Assembly: GCF_964355755.1 (NCBI RefSeq)
Contig: NC_092671.1
Span: 39,194,304 to 39,258,303, forward strand
Length of the DNA stretch: 64,000 bases
Origin: Antedon mediterranea
Lineage: Eukaryota > Animalia > Echinodermata
Direction of reading: 5' to 3'
Shown: positions 1 to 13,737 of the stretch, in pieces
Layout: each line of letters starts with the position of its first letter
Position numbering within the stretch: position 1 is the stretch's first letter
The notes under the pieces: generated by a model
What the model saw: the letters and a program-made list of their open reading frames with translations, nothing else
Databases searched by the model: none
Told to the model about the DNA's origin: nothing
Position numbers and translations under genes: made by a program

Positions 1-857
1 ATTGGATCGAAAAAAAATGTATTTACTTGAAAAAAAATGTAATTTAAAGCAAAAAAATGGTAAAATTGGCTGCCAGCCAATGGATTTTTGGTTGAATTTT
101 AACATTTATTTTGTCATTTTATAAGTGAAAACATATTTTTTTTTTTCGTTTTTTTTTCTATTGAAGTAATTAACTTGATTAAAACTACAAAATAACATAT
201 TCAAAGTCTAATTTAATTAATCTTCATTTTTCATGTTTTTGAGGGACAATACATCTTTAATATTATACCCTAGTGTTGTTACAGGTAGTAATAACAAATT
301 TAAAAGATTTGAAATAAGTTTGATAAGATAAATTAAACATGAATCAAACGAAGAAAGCATACAGTTAATGTAATCAAACTGCAAATGTATGATAATGTTA
401 AAAATGCGTGTGCGTATTAGAATTAAATGCTTGCGTATGATGTGCGTCATGTCAAGCTGTGTACTGTGTACATTGAAGTAAATCACAATAATTTTCAAAA
501 TGTTCAAATAATCGGAATATTCTTAAAATACTAAAAAAACTTAAAGAATATTATGGTAATATTATGCGTTACCTATCTTAGATTAATATGAGATCAGTAC
601 TGGAGTACAGTAATTTGTTTTTGATGTTAATCTGACATTTCAAATGAGAAATATTTGATGGAAATGGACTATTAACTAGAAATGTAATTCACTGAAAGTA
701 CATCCTTTCACTCCGAGTTTGATTATCATCAATCATTGGAAAAAAGACAGTTTAAATTTGTAATAATAAGGTTTTACTTTTATCAGCTAAAATTAAGACT
801 TACTAGAATATTATTTTTTTTGGGATCCTGCATGTGAAAAGACACTTGTTTTCTTCT

Positions 858-1122
858 AGCTCTGTCTACACTATCAAACTGTATGTGACATAAAATGTGC
901 ACATATACTTGATCTTGATTGAATAATTGATAAACTCCAACTGGAATATCACTCAATGTGTGAGTAGAGGTTGAGGAGGGGAGAGCTAATCATAGATTAG
1001 TTTGGAGAACGTTTTAGTGATAGACATGATCATATCACACATATTTGCCCATATGATATCACTACCATATTTGGGAACATCACACATTTTGTCAAACTAG
1101 TTTGATTAGTGTAGACAGAGAT
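858..1122. mobile_element. MITE family A copy (TIR AGCTCTGTCTACACTATCAAACT; probably PIF/Harbinger-like)
   Basis: Left agctctgtctacactatcaaact and right agtttgattagtgtagacagag; internal catatttggg/catcac motif shared with many copies in the window. Confidence 0.75.
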
Positions 1123-2620
1123 TAATACAGGATCTCCAAAAATAGTTTTTAAAAAAATGTCTTAATTATATTTTATGTATTTTTATTTTGCCATTGAAAT
1201 TAATAAATGTTCTTGAATATAATAATTAATATATGAACTAAATTTATAATGCTATAGATGATTCCTTATATTAAAAACAACATTCTAAAAAATTGGGTTA
1301 AAATAAAAAAGTGCTCCTTTCATTATTCAAGCAAAATTCATAAGAATTTCTCAGGGATATTATTAAGATATGAAATTGAATGAAAATTGATGTCTTATGC
1401 CGATTACTGATTGTTTAACCCAGGAAAATTAACCAACTTTTTTTTCTTCTGCAAATAAAAAAAGTTGATTAATTATAAACCAACGCCCACTGTTACTCTA
1501 TTGGTCCCATGTGTTAAGAACAAACTTAATGATTAGTAAGTAGCAAGCTCAAATGAAATGAATACTAATAGCTGTTATTGCTATATTTAGATTAATTGGA
1601 AACAGATATCTCCCACACAAGTTTAACCTGGCTGGTTTCAGCACAGTAAGCACAACTCACATTGATTATCTGGGAATCAAGCGCCTTTTTAGCGCTTTGT
1701 TACAGATCAATAATTATAAAACAAATATTATAATCCAGAATAATCATTTTAATTTGCTATAATAATTTACAAATCAATAACTGTACTCTGGTGCTGCATA
1801 GTCTAATGTGCTCTTTTATGGATTTCTTTCAATTAAATTAAATATGTATTTACAGTACCACTAAAAGTAAAATTTAAATAACATTAATAGGAAAGAGAGG
1901 ATCACTAATGTTGCAGTCTATTAATTTAGGTTTTTTATAAAAAAATAAATCTTTTTTATTTATATTTATAATATAACATTTTATTATTAATAAATAATAT
2001 TATTATTAATTATTATTAATATTACTTGCATTATTTATCAATGTAGCAATGGATATTAATAATTATATCTTAAGTAAGGTTTTATCGAGCTTTACTTTAC
2101 TGAAATACTTTACTGCTCAGTTTCAAATTTTCTTTTGAGTCTTTTGATTCAATCTGGCCAAGAAAATTCTTGCGTAATTTTAAATTGTGCATAAAAAAAA
2201 AGCTACATAGCTACTTCGGGCCTCGAACAATTATTTGATTAAAGTTATCAATATGACAGATCAAATTCAAACCTCTTTTTTTTTAGATCTTCTTATTTAT
2301 ATGAATACGAGTAAAGTTTTTGGTTTTACTTGCTTAGTATTATAGGCGTAATTGTAAGTTTAGTGGAATTTACATTAATCTATCTAGACCTACCCCAATT
2401 GTCACAAATCTAGGCCAGTCGGGACTTCCTCTCAATTGACAATAGTCATTTCCTGACATTCCACCTGTAGGGCAACCTCTCACCTGCTTCCTGGCTCAGA
2501 CTAGACAGACTAACTAGGGCCTATAGGCCTAGATCGCAAGGTAGGCCTAACGGAAACGGGCTACTTCATATACTCAGATCCGATTTCAAATACAATAAAT
2601 TGAAAGAGAGTGATACTTAC

Positions 2621-2702
2621 TATCTGCTTGAGATTGTTTAACGATTAAACTTGCAAACAAGGCGATCAAAATCTGTTTAAATTGCATTAAAGTTAGCTCC
2701 AT
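2621..2702 (-). CDS. First coding exon (signal peptide) of an unidentified secreted or membrane protein; the rest of the gene was not resolved and probably continues left of the window
   Basis: ATG at 2702 reads MELTLMQFKQILIALFASLIVKQSQAD (hydrophobic core, SQA|D cleavage-like site), followed directly by a phase-1 GTAAGT donor at 2620. Confidence 0.65.
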
Positions 2703-3010
2703 TTTAATCGTTTTATCAACTACCACACCGCCGCGGCATCGCTACTTTCCTTTTTTCTCTATTGTGATTTTACCTTTCCCGACAAAAAATCAACCAATCA
2801 TCAAACAATACGACATACGCCAAACAGTCTTGAGAAATAGGTGGCGCTATTCCACATGTAATTGTACAGCAGAGGTTTGTTTTGAAATTCATTTTTGATT
2901 GTTGTTATTGTTAAAATTTATATTATTTGTGTGTTTTATCACAAAGCAAAACAAGTGTTTCGTGTTTTTAAATGACTTTTCTCTCCATCTAGATCTATAG
3001 TTTTTGTGAA
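2703..3010. promoter_or_regulatory. Probable bidirectional promoter between the signal-peptide gene and TPK1
   Basis: About 310 bp between divergent ATGs; local CpG enrichment, CCAAT box (aaccaatca ~2792) and a CTCF-like AGGTGGCGCTA (~2839). Confidence 0.5.
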
Positions 3011-4909
3011 ATGTCTTCCAGTTTAACGCATGCAGCAAGCATATTTAGGCCTTTAAATTTTTTAGAAAAAGATGATGGTAGGTAGAGCGTACATACATTT
3101 TTAGGACTGTCCCTTTTGTATTGGACGATATTAAGTAGATTAGCAATCAATTTATTTCCAAGAATGGAAAGATGTTATTTATTATGTACAGTGGCTTGCG
3201 TTTTACTTAATTGGGTAAAATTACAATTTCTATTTTTTCTTATGTAGTCGCAAACTATGGTTTGATTCTGCTGAACCAACCAATGAATGATTTAGTGCCA
3301 AGGCTTTGGAAGCAAGCTGTATACAAAGCATCAGTTGATGGAGCTACAAATTATCTATTTCAGGATCAACATTTTAAAGAGTATATAAATTGTTTATTTC
3401 ATTATTTTCAATATCATCTGCCAATATATTATACATATTCGTAATACTCATTCTATTGTTCAGTTTCGTTCCAGATTTGGTTTCTGGAGATTTTGATTCA
3501 ATAAATAAAGATGTTCTGCAACACTACAAAGACATGGTGAGTTAAATATGTGTATCTATGTATATGTTTGATTAAATATAACACTAGTAATAACAACAAC
3601 AATAAAAATGTCTTTCTTTATTTCTGTAGGGATGTGAAATTGTAGAAACTGAAGACCAGAATGAAACAGATTTTACAAAAGCCTTAAACCTTGTACTGCA
3701 TCGCCTTAAAGAAAAAAAAATTGAAGTAAATATTCTGGAAGATTTTGCACGCTAGAATTGAATAAATGGTTAAAACCTGTAATTTGGGACCCGCAAAAAC
3801 CCCCCACACACACCAGGCGCCCCCCCCCCCCCATTGACTAACTCCAAATCAGAGGATAATTTTGTTCTACAAAAAAAAAAATTAGCTCAGCGAATTTCAG
3901 TTTTGATTGCTATTAGAAGCATTTTGTTTACCATTTTTGTTTTCACTGCCCAATGACAAAAGTAATTTGTATGTTAGCATCTGATCAGCGGTATAAAATA
4001 TCATAATAATAATAATATAACAATTTATAAAGCGCACATATCCACTAAAGTTCTCAAGGCGCTAATCACCAAATATGATTAGTAGCTCAACAGAATAGCA
4101 GATGGTTTTTGTTTTTGTCTATGCAGGTTGAGTACATAGTAGCATTGGGTGCTTTAGGTGGCCGCTTGGACCATACATTATCTAACATAAACACATTGTA
4201 CACGGCAGCACAAATAACCTCTACACCGGTATATCTCATAGGACAGGAATCTCTTGCCCTGCTTCTCAATACGGTATGTCCATCAATTTTAATAATGATG
4301 TAAAAATAAATAAAAAGCATAAAAATAATAATAAAAATAACAAAATAATAATATAAAGAAATTTAAAAAATCCAATCAAAACTAAACCCAAAACCAGCTG
4401 TGAATAATGCCACCACACCGACTAGTTCTATGATAATCAACATGATGATTGATAACACGTAAAGATGAAAATGTACTTTGATAGAAAATTTAACAGACAG
4501 CTGCAAAAATAAGAGGCTATCAGAATTTTGTATCATGACATCTCTTTTTATTTACTATATTCATTATTCAACTCTGGTGTGCTAATCTGGTAAGGCTCTG
4601 TACTTCTGGCTGATGTGTGTTTGTAGAGGGCCTAATCCAAAATTCCTCAGTAAATAATACGTTCTCTTACAGGGTAAACATACCATTGAGGTAAACACTG
4701 GCTATGAGGCCGAATGGTGCGGTCTAATACCAGTAGGTCAACCTTGCCAAGATGTAACTACCACAGGTCTAAAATGGAACCTGACCAATCAAAAACTTGA
4801 ATTCGGAGGTTGCATCAGCACATCGAATACTTTCACAGAAGAACAAAAATGTGTGACTGTTGACACTGATGAACCATTATTGTGGACGATGGGAATAAAG
4901 ATGAAATAA
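3011..4909 (+). CDS. TPK1: Thiamine pyrophosphokinase 1; exons 3011-3077, 3248-3380, 3464-3536, 3630-3725, 4127-4273, 4673-4909
   Basis: Spliced frame with GT-AG introns gives hallmark motifs [64 protein letters not shown] and PLLWTM. Confidence 0.95.
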
Positions 4910-4954
4910 ACTGATGAACCATTATTGTGGACGATGGGAATAAAGATGAAATAA
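4865..4954 (+). repeat. Perfect 45-bp tandem duplication covering the last TPK1 codons and stop
   Basis: actgatgaaccattattgtggacgatgggaataaagatgaaataa occurs twice in direct tandem. Confidence 0.9.
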
Positions 4955-5427
4955 TGTTATGGGAACGGTAGAATTTAAATGTTTTTTTTTATTTAAAAAA
5001 CAAATCGTATTATTAAGCCAATAATTTAATTATTCTCATTTTTATTAATTTAAGTTTGTTATGGGTATAACTTTGTATTTTTTAACACTTTTCAACTTTT
5101 GTATTGTTTTAGTTACTGTACTTAGTTTACTTCAAATTTTTTTTGGTGTTTTTTTCTTGTAAATAGTTTTGTATACTAAAAACAGCCTGGTTAAAAATAC
5201 TATATTATTAAGTGATCAAGTTTTCCGTTTTCAAATAAAGTTATTATTATTAAATAAAATAATAATAAAATGCTAAGACAATGTGCAGGGTATTAAAGTA
5301 ACTTATTGGGATAATGTATTATATATGGTGTAATAAATTATATTTAATATTTATTAATCGGCTTATTGTCTATTGTTTGAAGGTTTGCATGACGAAATCA
5401 AATGTTGCATGTGTGTAAAGCCTATGT

Positions 5428-5686
5428 GAAGTCTACACTATCAAACTGTATGTGAAAAACAAATGTGTGCCCATATATGGACATGAACATCATCACTACC
5501 ATATTTGGGTACATCACTACCATATTTGGGTATATCACTACCATATTTGGGTAGATCACTACCATATTTGGGTATATCACTACCATATTTGGGTACATCA
5601 CTACCATATTTGGGTATATCACTACCATATTTGGGTATATCACTACCATATTTGGGCACATCACTACCATATTTGGGCATATCACA
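5428..5686. repeat. MITE family A left arm with an internal 21-bp minisatellite expansion (about 9 units of atcactaccatatttgggtat)
   Basis: Direct tandem units at ~5492-5684, preceded by gtctacactatcaaact. Confidence 0.9.
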
Positions 5687-6061
5687 GACTCTCATTGTAG
5701 CAAAGAAACTGACAAATAATGACCTGTTCAGTTTTAATATCTCTTTAATAACACTCAAAATATTTTAGTTAATTCTTATTAATACATGTTACCAAATTTA
5801 ATATATTTGAAAATGTGATTATTTGCAAACATTCTATAAAATGTCTTGCAAATAACCAAAATCTGACAATGCTGTTATGTACAATTTCTAAATGAAAAAT
5901 CAGTTGAAGAAATCTTCAATTCATCCTAAGTTGTAGTGTCACCATATCCTCTTAGATTTTACATTTTTATCAAAAACAAGTTGTGTTACTAAAAAGCGGG
6001 CCATTGTCATTTTATTTGTTGTAGTTCGTACAGTTAATTTGCAGTATATTGTCTGGATGTA

Positions 6062-6892
<831 letters not shown>

Positions 6893-7052
6893 TTTAAAAA
6901 GGTTGACTTACAGTGTGCGATAAATAATGAAACAATCTAAAAAAATGAGTTTATATTAGAAATTAAATACTGTATAACCATGAAACAAATTAACAATTAT
7001 TATTATACCTGTATTTAATAATAACTATTTTAAAACTCTAGTCTAGGATAAT

Positions 7053-7836
7053 ATATTCGCCGTGGTTAGGATTCCGGCACCGGAACTCAACTACCCACCG
7101 TTAGGGAATCCGACACGATATTGCGCATGCCCAGAGCTCTGGGAAGTGAATTATAGCTTGCACAAATACTAGTGCCACACACCACACCACCACCGAGAGT
7201 CGGAGTGTTATAGGGATTTACTGTAGCCTAGATAGTCGAGTCGTTGCGCGAGCGAGAGATGGATGAAACTTGGCCTATGCCATACATGAATTTAATAATT
7301 AAAATACGACTACGCCACGCGTTAAAATAATTATAATGATATTAAAAAAAATCAGTATCTATCTAAGAATCGTAATGCTGTTTTTAACGTTGCGACCCCG
7401 AATTCCCGAACAGTTTTTTCACATCCACGCGGTGGCTGCCGTCAACAAATCAACTTGTGATTGCATGTTATGTACAGTATATTATGCGTTATGAAAAATC
7501 ATAAAACTAGTCATGTAATTATATAATTCATAATGATATGAAGTTTATATATGAATGTTCAAGCAACCACTTTTTAATTACAAAATAAATAGGCCCACTA
7601 GTCACGTCTAACTGGTAGCCCTAGCCTAGATTAGTGGATCCCGTATTAGTAGGCATATAGGCTAGTTCGCCGTGTGGCGCAGCTATGAAATGATCCATCG
7701 CTGTATTGTCAAAGAATTGGTATAGTATGGATGAGTCGCCGATTACCTCGCTCTGGGCATGCGCAATAGCGTGTCGGATTCCCTAACGCTGGGCAGTTGA
7801 GTTCCGGTGCCGGAATCCTAACCACGGCGTAATATA
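7053..7836. mobile_element. Non-autonomous DNA transposon (MITE) with ~85-bp TIRs
   Basis: Left cgccgtggttaggattccggcaccggaactcaact...gcgcatgcccagag is mirrored by ctctgggcatgcgc...agttgagttccggtgccggaatcctaaccacggcg; TA-rich flanks. Confidence 0.9.
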
Positions 7837-7845
7837 TTAGGCCTA

Positions 7846-8711
7846 GGGTAGATGTACCAGACCTCGGCAATGTGCCAAACCTCGTTTGTTGTATTTGTAT
7901 TAGTTATAATTAATTAAATAATTGATATTTTTTGTTTATCTTAACGTATAATATACTTTATTTATAGGTGGTAAATATAAACCACCGATCGTTTACTAGA
8001 CACCAGCGAAACATGTCTGCCAGTAGCCATAAAAACTGAAACCTGAAAACCGGAAGTGACATTTCAGCAAAATAGACCAATGAGCTAACACGTGACTGTT
8101 CCATTTAAAGTTCCAGGGCATGAAAAATTACACACAAGGGACACGTCTGGGATTGAAATAGGCTCCTACTGTAGTGTATCAACATTCCAGAATATTCCAT
8201 TTTCAAACCAATGAAAAAATATAGGGTTTATGAGGGGTGTTAAGATGTTTGGTTGATAATTAATGATATGTGCAAGACTTCGGCACCTAACGGAAATAAC
8301 TAATTAAATTATTATTAAATTTTATTTAAAATATAATTGTTGGTAAAATAAATTTAATATTGCTGTTTTTTGACTCATTTATTTCACATCTGGCCATGGC
8401 TAGGCCTAGCCTAGCTAGGCCTGCTATTTCATCGACGATCGATTGCGCAATCGCTCGCGCGTAATTCCAGGGCTTGCTTGGGCAGCGTATGCCGAGGATT
8501 GGCAGACACATGCCGAGGTTTGGTAAATAAATAAAAAACACATTTTTTATTATTGTTTGTTAATTATAAATATTTATTTGATAATTCACACTGTATTTAC
8601 TACTTATATAAATACTAAAAACTTTACCAAAAAATATTTTGTGATGCTTTTAAAAAATACACTTAAATAACGAATTTCCCTGTAACCTGCCGAGGTCTGG
8701 TACATCTACCC
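7846..8711. mobile_element. Non-autonomous DNA transposon with perfect 24-bp TIRs and TA flanks
   Basis: ta|gggtagatgtaccagacctcggca ... tgccgaggtctggtacatctaccc|ta; internal tgccgagg subterminal repeats. Confidence 0.9.
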
Positions 8712-9123
8712 TAGTTATTACTTGATTTACTTGATGTTGAGACTTATAAAGCCATAGAATATTAATTAATACTATTGCCTATCGAACCAGTTAGGTCTAA
8801 TGGGCTCTGGGTGCAACCAAAAAAGAATATAGTTCTAGTAATATCAAATAAATTCAGCAGTCTATTCTAGGCCTAGCTAGCATCAACCACGTCATCTATC
8901 CATGTCCATTGTCATGTCGTACAGCAGCAGCAGCAGTCGGTGAGCTAGCGTCGGTTTCAAGCTTAAACACAATCACGCAATAACAAGACTTAATTGCACT
9001 AATATAAGCCTTACTAGCTTTAGTATAATAACAAAACATATAGCAAGACTACTAAACATTCATATCGGAAGAAATTTACACTTAAAATAACTAATTTATC
9101 TAATAAATAAACGAAATGTTATG

Positions 9124-9260
9124 CTTACGTGTACAAGCTGATAGCCTACTTTTCGGAAAGACACAAATTACGTTGCTTAAATTACGCCCTCTGTTGTGTT
9201 TCATTATTATATTATTATTATGCAAAACTTATGTGACGTCATCCGAATTACGTAACCGAA
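9124..9260 (-). promoter_or_regulatory. Probable SEC61G non-coding first exon and promoter
   Basis: Minus-strand GTAAGC donor near 9128; palindromic CRE TGACGTCA (~9234), TTACGTAA (~9248) and CTCF-like cgccctctgttg (~9185). Confidence 0.45.
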
Positions 9261-9659
9261 GAAAACGTGTACGGCAAACACAGGCAAAAGAATAAAATAG
9301 GCCTATAACTGTATTTCTTTTGAGTTGAAGAGTACCACTGTTCTACTGTATTTAACGTTCAATAATAATAACTAATTCTCCCCATTCAACGAATACAAAA
9401 TATTCATTATACAAATTATACATAAATTGGGAGAATATTTTTTTATGTAAAATTAGGATTTCATTCGTTGAAAGAAAATCAAAAATATTCTTACCATCAA
9501 TGAAAACATTTTTAATACTCACTATAATTTGGAAAATTAATTCCATTTATAAAAATGCTGATCCTTAAAAAGATAGTAATTAATTTGCAAATAAAACAAA
9601 CAATATATCATGTAATATATTATACAATTTAATAATAAATTCTATATATATCTTTAACA

Positions 9660-11380
9660 TCACAAGGAAGAACATAGCTTGGAATTAAAATGTAGTTGGC
9701 ATCTACAAACAACATTGCCACCACACTTAGCTTCAAAATGTAGTAAATGTTCATTTTGTGAACTCTGCCAAACTGTAAAAACAACTTCATCTCCTTCTAA
9801 TGTTTCACCAAGATACTGAATAATAAATTCCTTCAACTTTGACCTTACAACATCCAGGGTGATTACTGTAAAGGTTTTTGCCGCTACAGCCTCTCGTGCT
9901 AAGTGAACACAAAATTTTAAATACGCTGTGTTATTTGTATGTTTATTAAGATCCACATCCTCTTCACAAATGATAAACTTTTTACAATAGCTCTTCACTC
10001 CCGAGGAATTATTGTTAAATTGTAACATTGGTGGGATATCTGGTTTGTTTGCAGATGCATAGAAGTATATATTCTTTATTGTATCTGGGAATGGTGTAGA
10101 TTTGCGTGTAGCTCGATTCACACACACCATCTGAACATGGCACTTGCTAAAGCAATCGTCTGACACCATTATTTTGGACTCAAAAAGCATTGAAGACTTG
10201 CCGCAATACAACACAGAGAACAACCCATGTGTTGGTTGCACTGATAGAATGCTTTTACTGTTTAATTTGTCATCTACATCCACTTTCAAATGTCTTACAA
10301 AGAGAGTGTGATTATTGAAAAACAGAGGGTGTTGCTCCTTCATCGTTAGTCTTAAGCCAATAGCTCGTATACACTGATGAGTAAACGCAATTTTCCATGG
10401 TAGAATATATCCTATAAAACAAATAGTAAAACGAAAATGGTAATAATGCTATAGCAGGCTTCCCTAGAAAGTCTTACCTTGGAATCCTGATTAAAACTGG
10501 TAATGCTAAATATCTTTTGTTTTAAAATGTCTAACATTACACCCAATTCTCTAACTAATAAAATATATATATCAACATTTATGAGTGTTGTTATTATATC
10601 ATGTCTTGGGTGAGAAGAGATACATGTTAGACAGTGTATGAATTGCACTATGTTTTAAAGCCCCATTCCCTACGTTTTTTAGATTTAATTTAAGATCACA
10701 AACTATATTTAATGTAAAAATAATACTATATGGTCCTATTGCGATAACTTTTTTCGTCTTTAAACGGTTAAAAATGTGAAAAATAAGTCGATTCTAATAA
10801 TTATAGCGGCCCGCTATAAATCCCAAAATGCATTGCGCGCGGATTGATATTTTTGTTTTTCACCTGTAATTCGCCCACTTTTCGATCGATCGTGAGGCCA
10901 AAACAAATGGAAGACTCCTAACTTTTCAGCGAAAATACCGGGTTTTCCCCAATTTGTATCAACGGAGTCTGGCAAAAATAGAAAGACAATTAATGCAGCA
11001 ACTATACAATGTCAGGCTAGGTATATAGGTAGCGTACGATGTTCGTACGTTACCGATGTTTAACAGCTAGGCCTACAAAACTAAGCCTAGCTAGGCTAGG
11101 CCTAAGACCGTCCACGAGAGGTCGATCGCCGCGAGCTACTTAGGTAGTGCATTGTTTCTCACTTTTTATCATAATTTACCATAAAACGTACATTTAAGAC
11201 AAGGAATGACATGGTTTAATGTTTTTAAAGTGATATATATGTATTATTTTCCAAAAAACGTCCAAAATTGCAGGGAAGGGGTCTTTAATACTAACCATGT
11301 TCATCAAATTCTTCTGCTGTATGTGTTCCAATATCAATTACAAATGTCTTGTTAGCAGGAGCTGAAGCTGGTGATGCCAT
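9660..11380 (-). CDS. Double-hotdog acyl-ACP/acyl-CoA thioesterase-like protein, paralogue TE1 (278 aa); exons 11380-11296 and 10411-9660
   Basis: Exon 1 MASPASAPANKTFVIDIGTHTAEEFDEH-G splices (phase 1) to YILPW...; C-terminal hotdog motif DVDLNKHTNNTAY and QYLGET; ends -SSL. Confidence 0.85.
10659..11284. mobile_element. TTAA-flanked non-autonomous DNA transposon (Kolobok-like AG...CT termini) in the TE1 intron
   Basis: ttaa|agccccattcccta ... cagggaaggggtct|ttaa; imperfect TIRs. Confidence 0.65.
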
Positions 11381-12077
11381 AACCAATGCAGGTTGATGAC
11401 CCTATTTGCAACAAAAACAAGCCTGTGCTGTAGATTTAGATAATATATGCATGTATAGATATTACTGTATTAATTATTATTATTAATTTCAAACTCACAA
11501 GGATTTAGATACAAAAGTAGAGAAATAAATTATGTAGGCTGCAGCAGCTTTAGTCAGCTCGCATCACTGCGGGTTAGGTCAGTCACTGTTCTGCCCAAGA
11601 AGATGAATGGTGCTGGTATGGTTGGTAGGCTACAAATAATACAGTACAGTACATTAAAACCATGGAGGTAATAATGTTTTACCTCCATAGCAAACTGAAT
11701 GAACTCAACACTCGGTTATCCATACTAGACCTAAAACAACATGCAAATATTATATAATTCTAGCTAAATAACAAACCCAATTGTCTATCTCTGGCCTAGG
11801 CCTAATTATTTGTGCAGTACTTACTTACCCGTTACCGTTCCGAAAGATATATGAATTTCAGCAACATGTGCAGTAAAGCGTGAAAACGAAAACAAGAGCA
11901 CGCGATGGGAATACATAACAGTTATGCATGGTTTAATGAATATTCATTATTCATGCATGATGTAACAGTAATTCTATACTTCAAATGAATTTCAATACTT
12001 TCTTTAATATCTTTTTTTTTAACAATAAGTTTCAACAAATTATGAGTACATATTATAACATACTGTACATTTATTGG

Positions 12078-12250
12078 AAAATTATATTATAAATGTATAG
12101 GCTTTACTGATTGAATGTGATGTATATTTATATATTTAAATTATATTATAAATGTATAGGCTTCACTAATTGAATGTGATGTATATTTATATATTTAAAT
12201 TATATTATAAATGTATAGGTTTTACTGATCGAATGTGATGTATATTTATT
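12078..12250. repeat. Tandem repeat, ~59 bp x3
   Basis: attatattataaatgtataggctttactgattgaatgtgatgtatattt repeated three times. Confidence 0.85.
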
Positions 12251-12569
12251 TTTCCACACAAACTGAAGTCAGTCGAATTCTGATCAAAATAATAAAATAA
12301 TAATAAATTAAATTTATAAAGCGCTTCAATATGACAGAAACAAACTCTAAGCGCTGAAATATACAATGTCATACATTTTCCTTTAAAAAATACATCACAA
12401 GTATTATAAGAAATGATATTAAAAAACAAGTATGCAAACAGACATCATCTTGGTTCAATCTCTCTTAAAATATTAATTTTATTAGTACCGTAATTGTAGG
12501 AATGGTGCTTCCACTGTTTAAAAAAAAGTGTACATTTTTTTAAAACTTTAACAATGAAGAATATATTTA

Positions 12570-13737
12570 TTACAATGAAGACATTAATTTATTATCTAAA
12601 TGAAATTGAGATCTGATAACGATGCTGTCACTTTTCTTTGCCTCAAAATGAATCAGATATTTGTTTTGTGAATCTTGCCACATATCAAAACATATTTCAT
12701 CTCCTTTCACACTCTCACCAAGATACTGTATAGTATAATCTCTCAGTGGACTCTCTAAAAATTCTTGACATAGAATTCCATCAGTAATTGCACTGCTAAA
12801 AACAGTATCACATAATTTCATATATGCAGCATTGTTGGTATGCCCATTCGAATCAACATGCTCCTCTCTGATTATTATTTTTTTGTTATAAATAACCTGT
12901 CCTGTAGATTGTGGAGTTTCTAATAACGGTGAAAGTACGGGTCGTTTCCCATTAACAGCGTACGCATAAATATTCCTCACGGTTTCATCGAACGCAGCAG
13001 GTTTTCGAGTTTGTTTGTCGACGCCTATGCATTGAGCAGTACATGTACTGTAGCACTGTTGTTCATTCTCTAAAATAAGACGCGTGTTACATAACAATGA
13101 AGAGCTACCTAAATAAGTTACTGTAAAATCTGCATGGATGGGTTGAGAGGATAAAGCACTCGTGAGATTTGTATTCACATGTGCAGTTTGGTGTCGTATG
13201 TAAAGGGTTGAGTTTTTGAAAAAAACATCATGATGATTTGCCAGTGATGCTCGAAGTCCAGCTAAACGGGCATATTGGTGAAGAAGAGCCAGTCTGGATG
13301 GATGAATGTAACCTGAAATAGATTGAAAAAAAAAAGAACAATATTTTGGTCTTGAACTTTTAAAGTCATCAAACTCATCAAGTTTGGTGGTAGGCCAAAG
13401 AGGCAATCTAAAATGAGGGGGTTCAAATCCCATTAGAGATCAACTTGGGATTTTTTTTTCACATACTTACTGTACAGAGTACGGTATCTGACATACTAAT
13501 ATATGGGGCCACATTATGTGTGTAATTAATTATTGAAGTCCCTTGTATTGTAATCTAGGTCAATTTACTTAAAAATCAAAGCTTATTTGACCAGGCTCTG
13601 AAATGCATTTTACATGAATAATTTAAAGGAAAAAGTTGACATTCACTACCTCTTTTGTTAAAGTCCTCCTGTAGTAGTTTTCCAGGACCAATATTAACTT
13701 TAAAATTCTTCAATATGCTCATTCTTGTCGACGTCAT
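12570..13737 (-). CDS. Thioesterase-like paralogue TE2 (276 aa); exons 13737-13650 and 13312-12570
   Basis: MTSTRMSILKNFKVNIGPGKLLQEDFNKR-G|YIHPSR...; motif HVDSNGHTNNAAY and QYLGES; ends -SSL; same phase-1 intron as the other paralogues. Confidence 0.85.

Noticed and set aside
217-507. 96-aa ORF or possible next exon of the signal-peptide gene
   Set aside because: Low-complexity AT-rich translation with no recognisable homology; cannot be linked with confidence
5492-5684. CRISPR-like regular repeats (also 49258-49870 and 28585-32110)
   Set aside because: No unique spacers, no cas genes, eukaryotic context
5422-5768. Four overlapping repeat-peptide ORFs (MVVIYPN, PKYGSDI, HYHIWVY, SLPYLGI)
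   Set aside because: Products of a 21-bp minisatellite inside a MITE; no splice context or unique coding sequence
12570-13433. 287-aa single-exon ORF start MGFEPPHF
   Set aside because: The N-terminal 40 aa are intron sequence, including a SINE B-box fragment; the real exon starts at the AG at 13313, as in all paralogues
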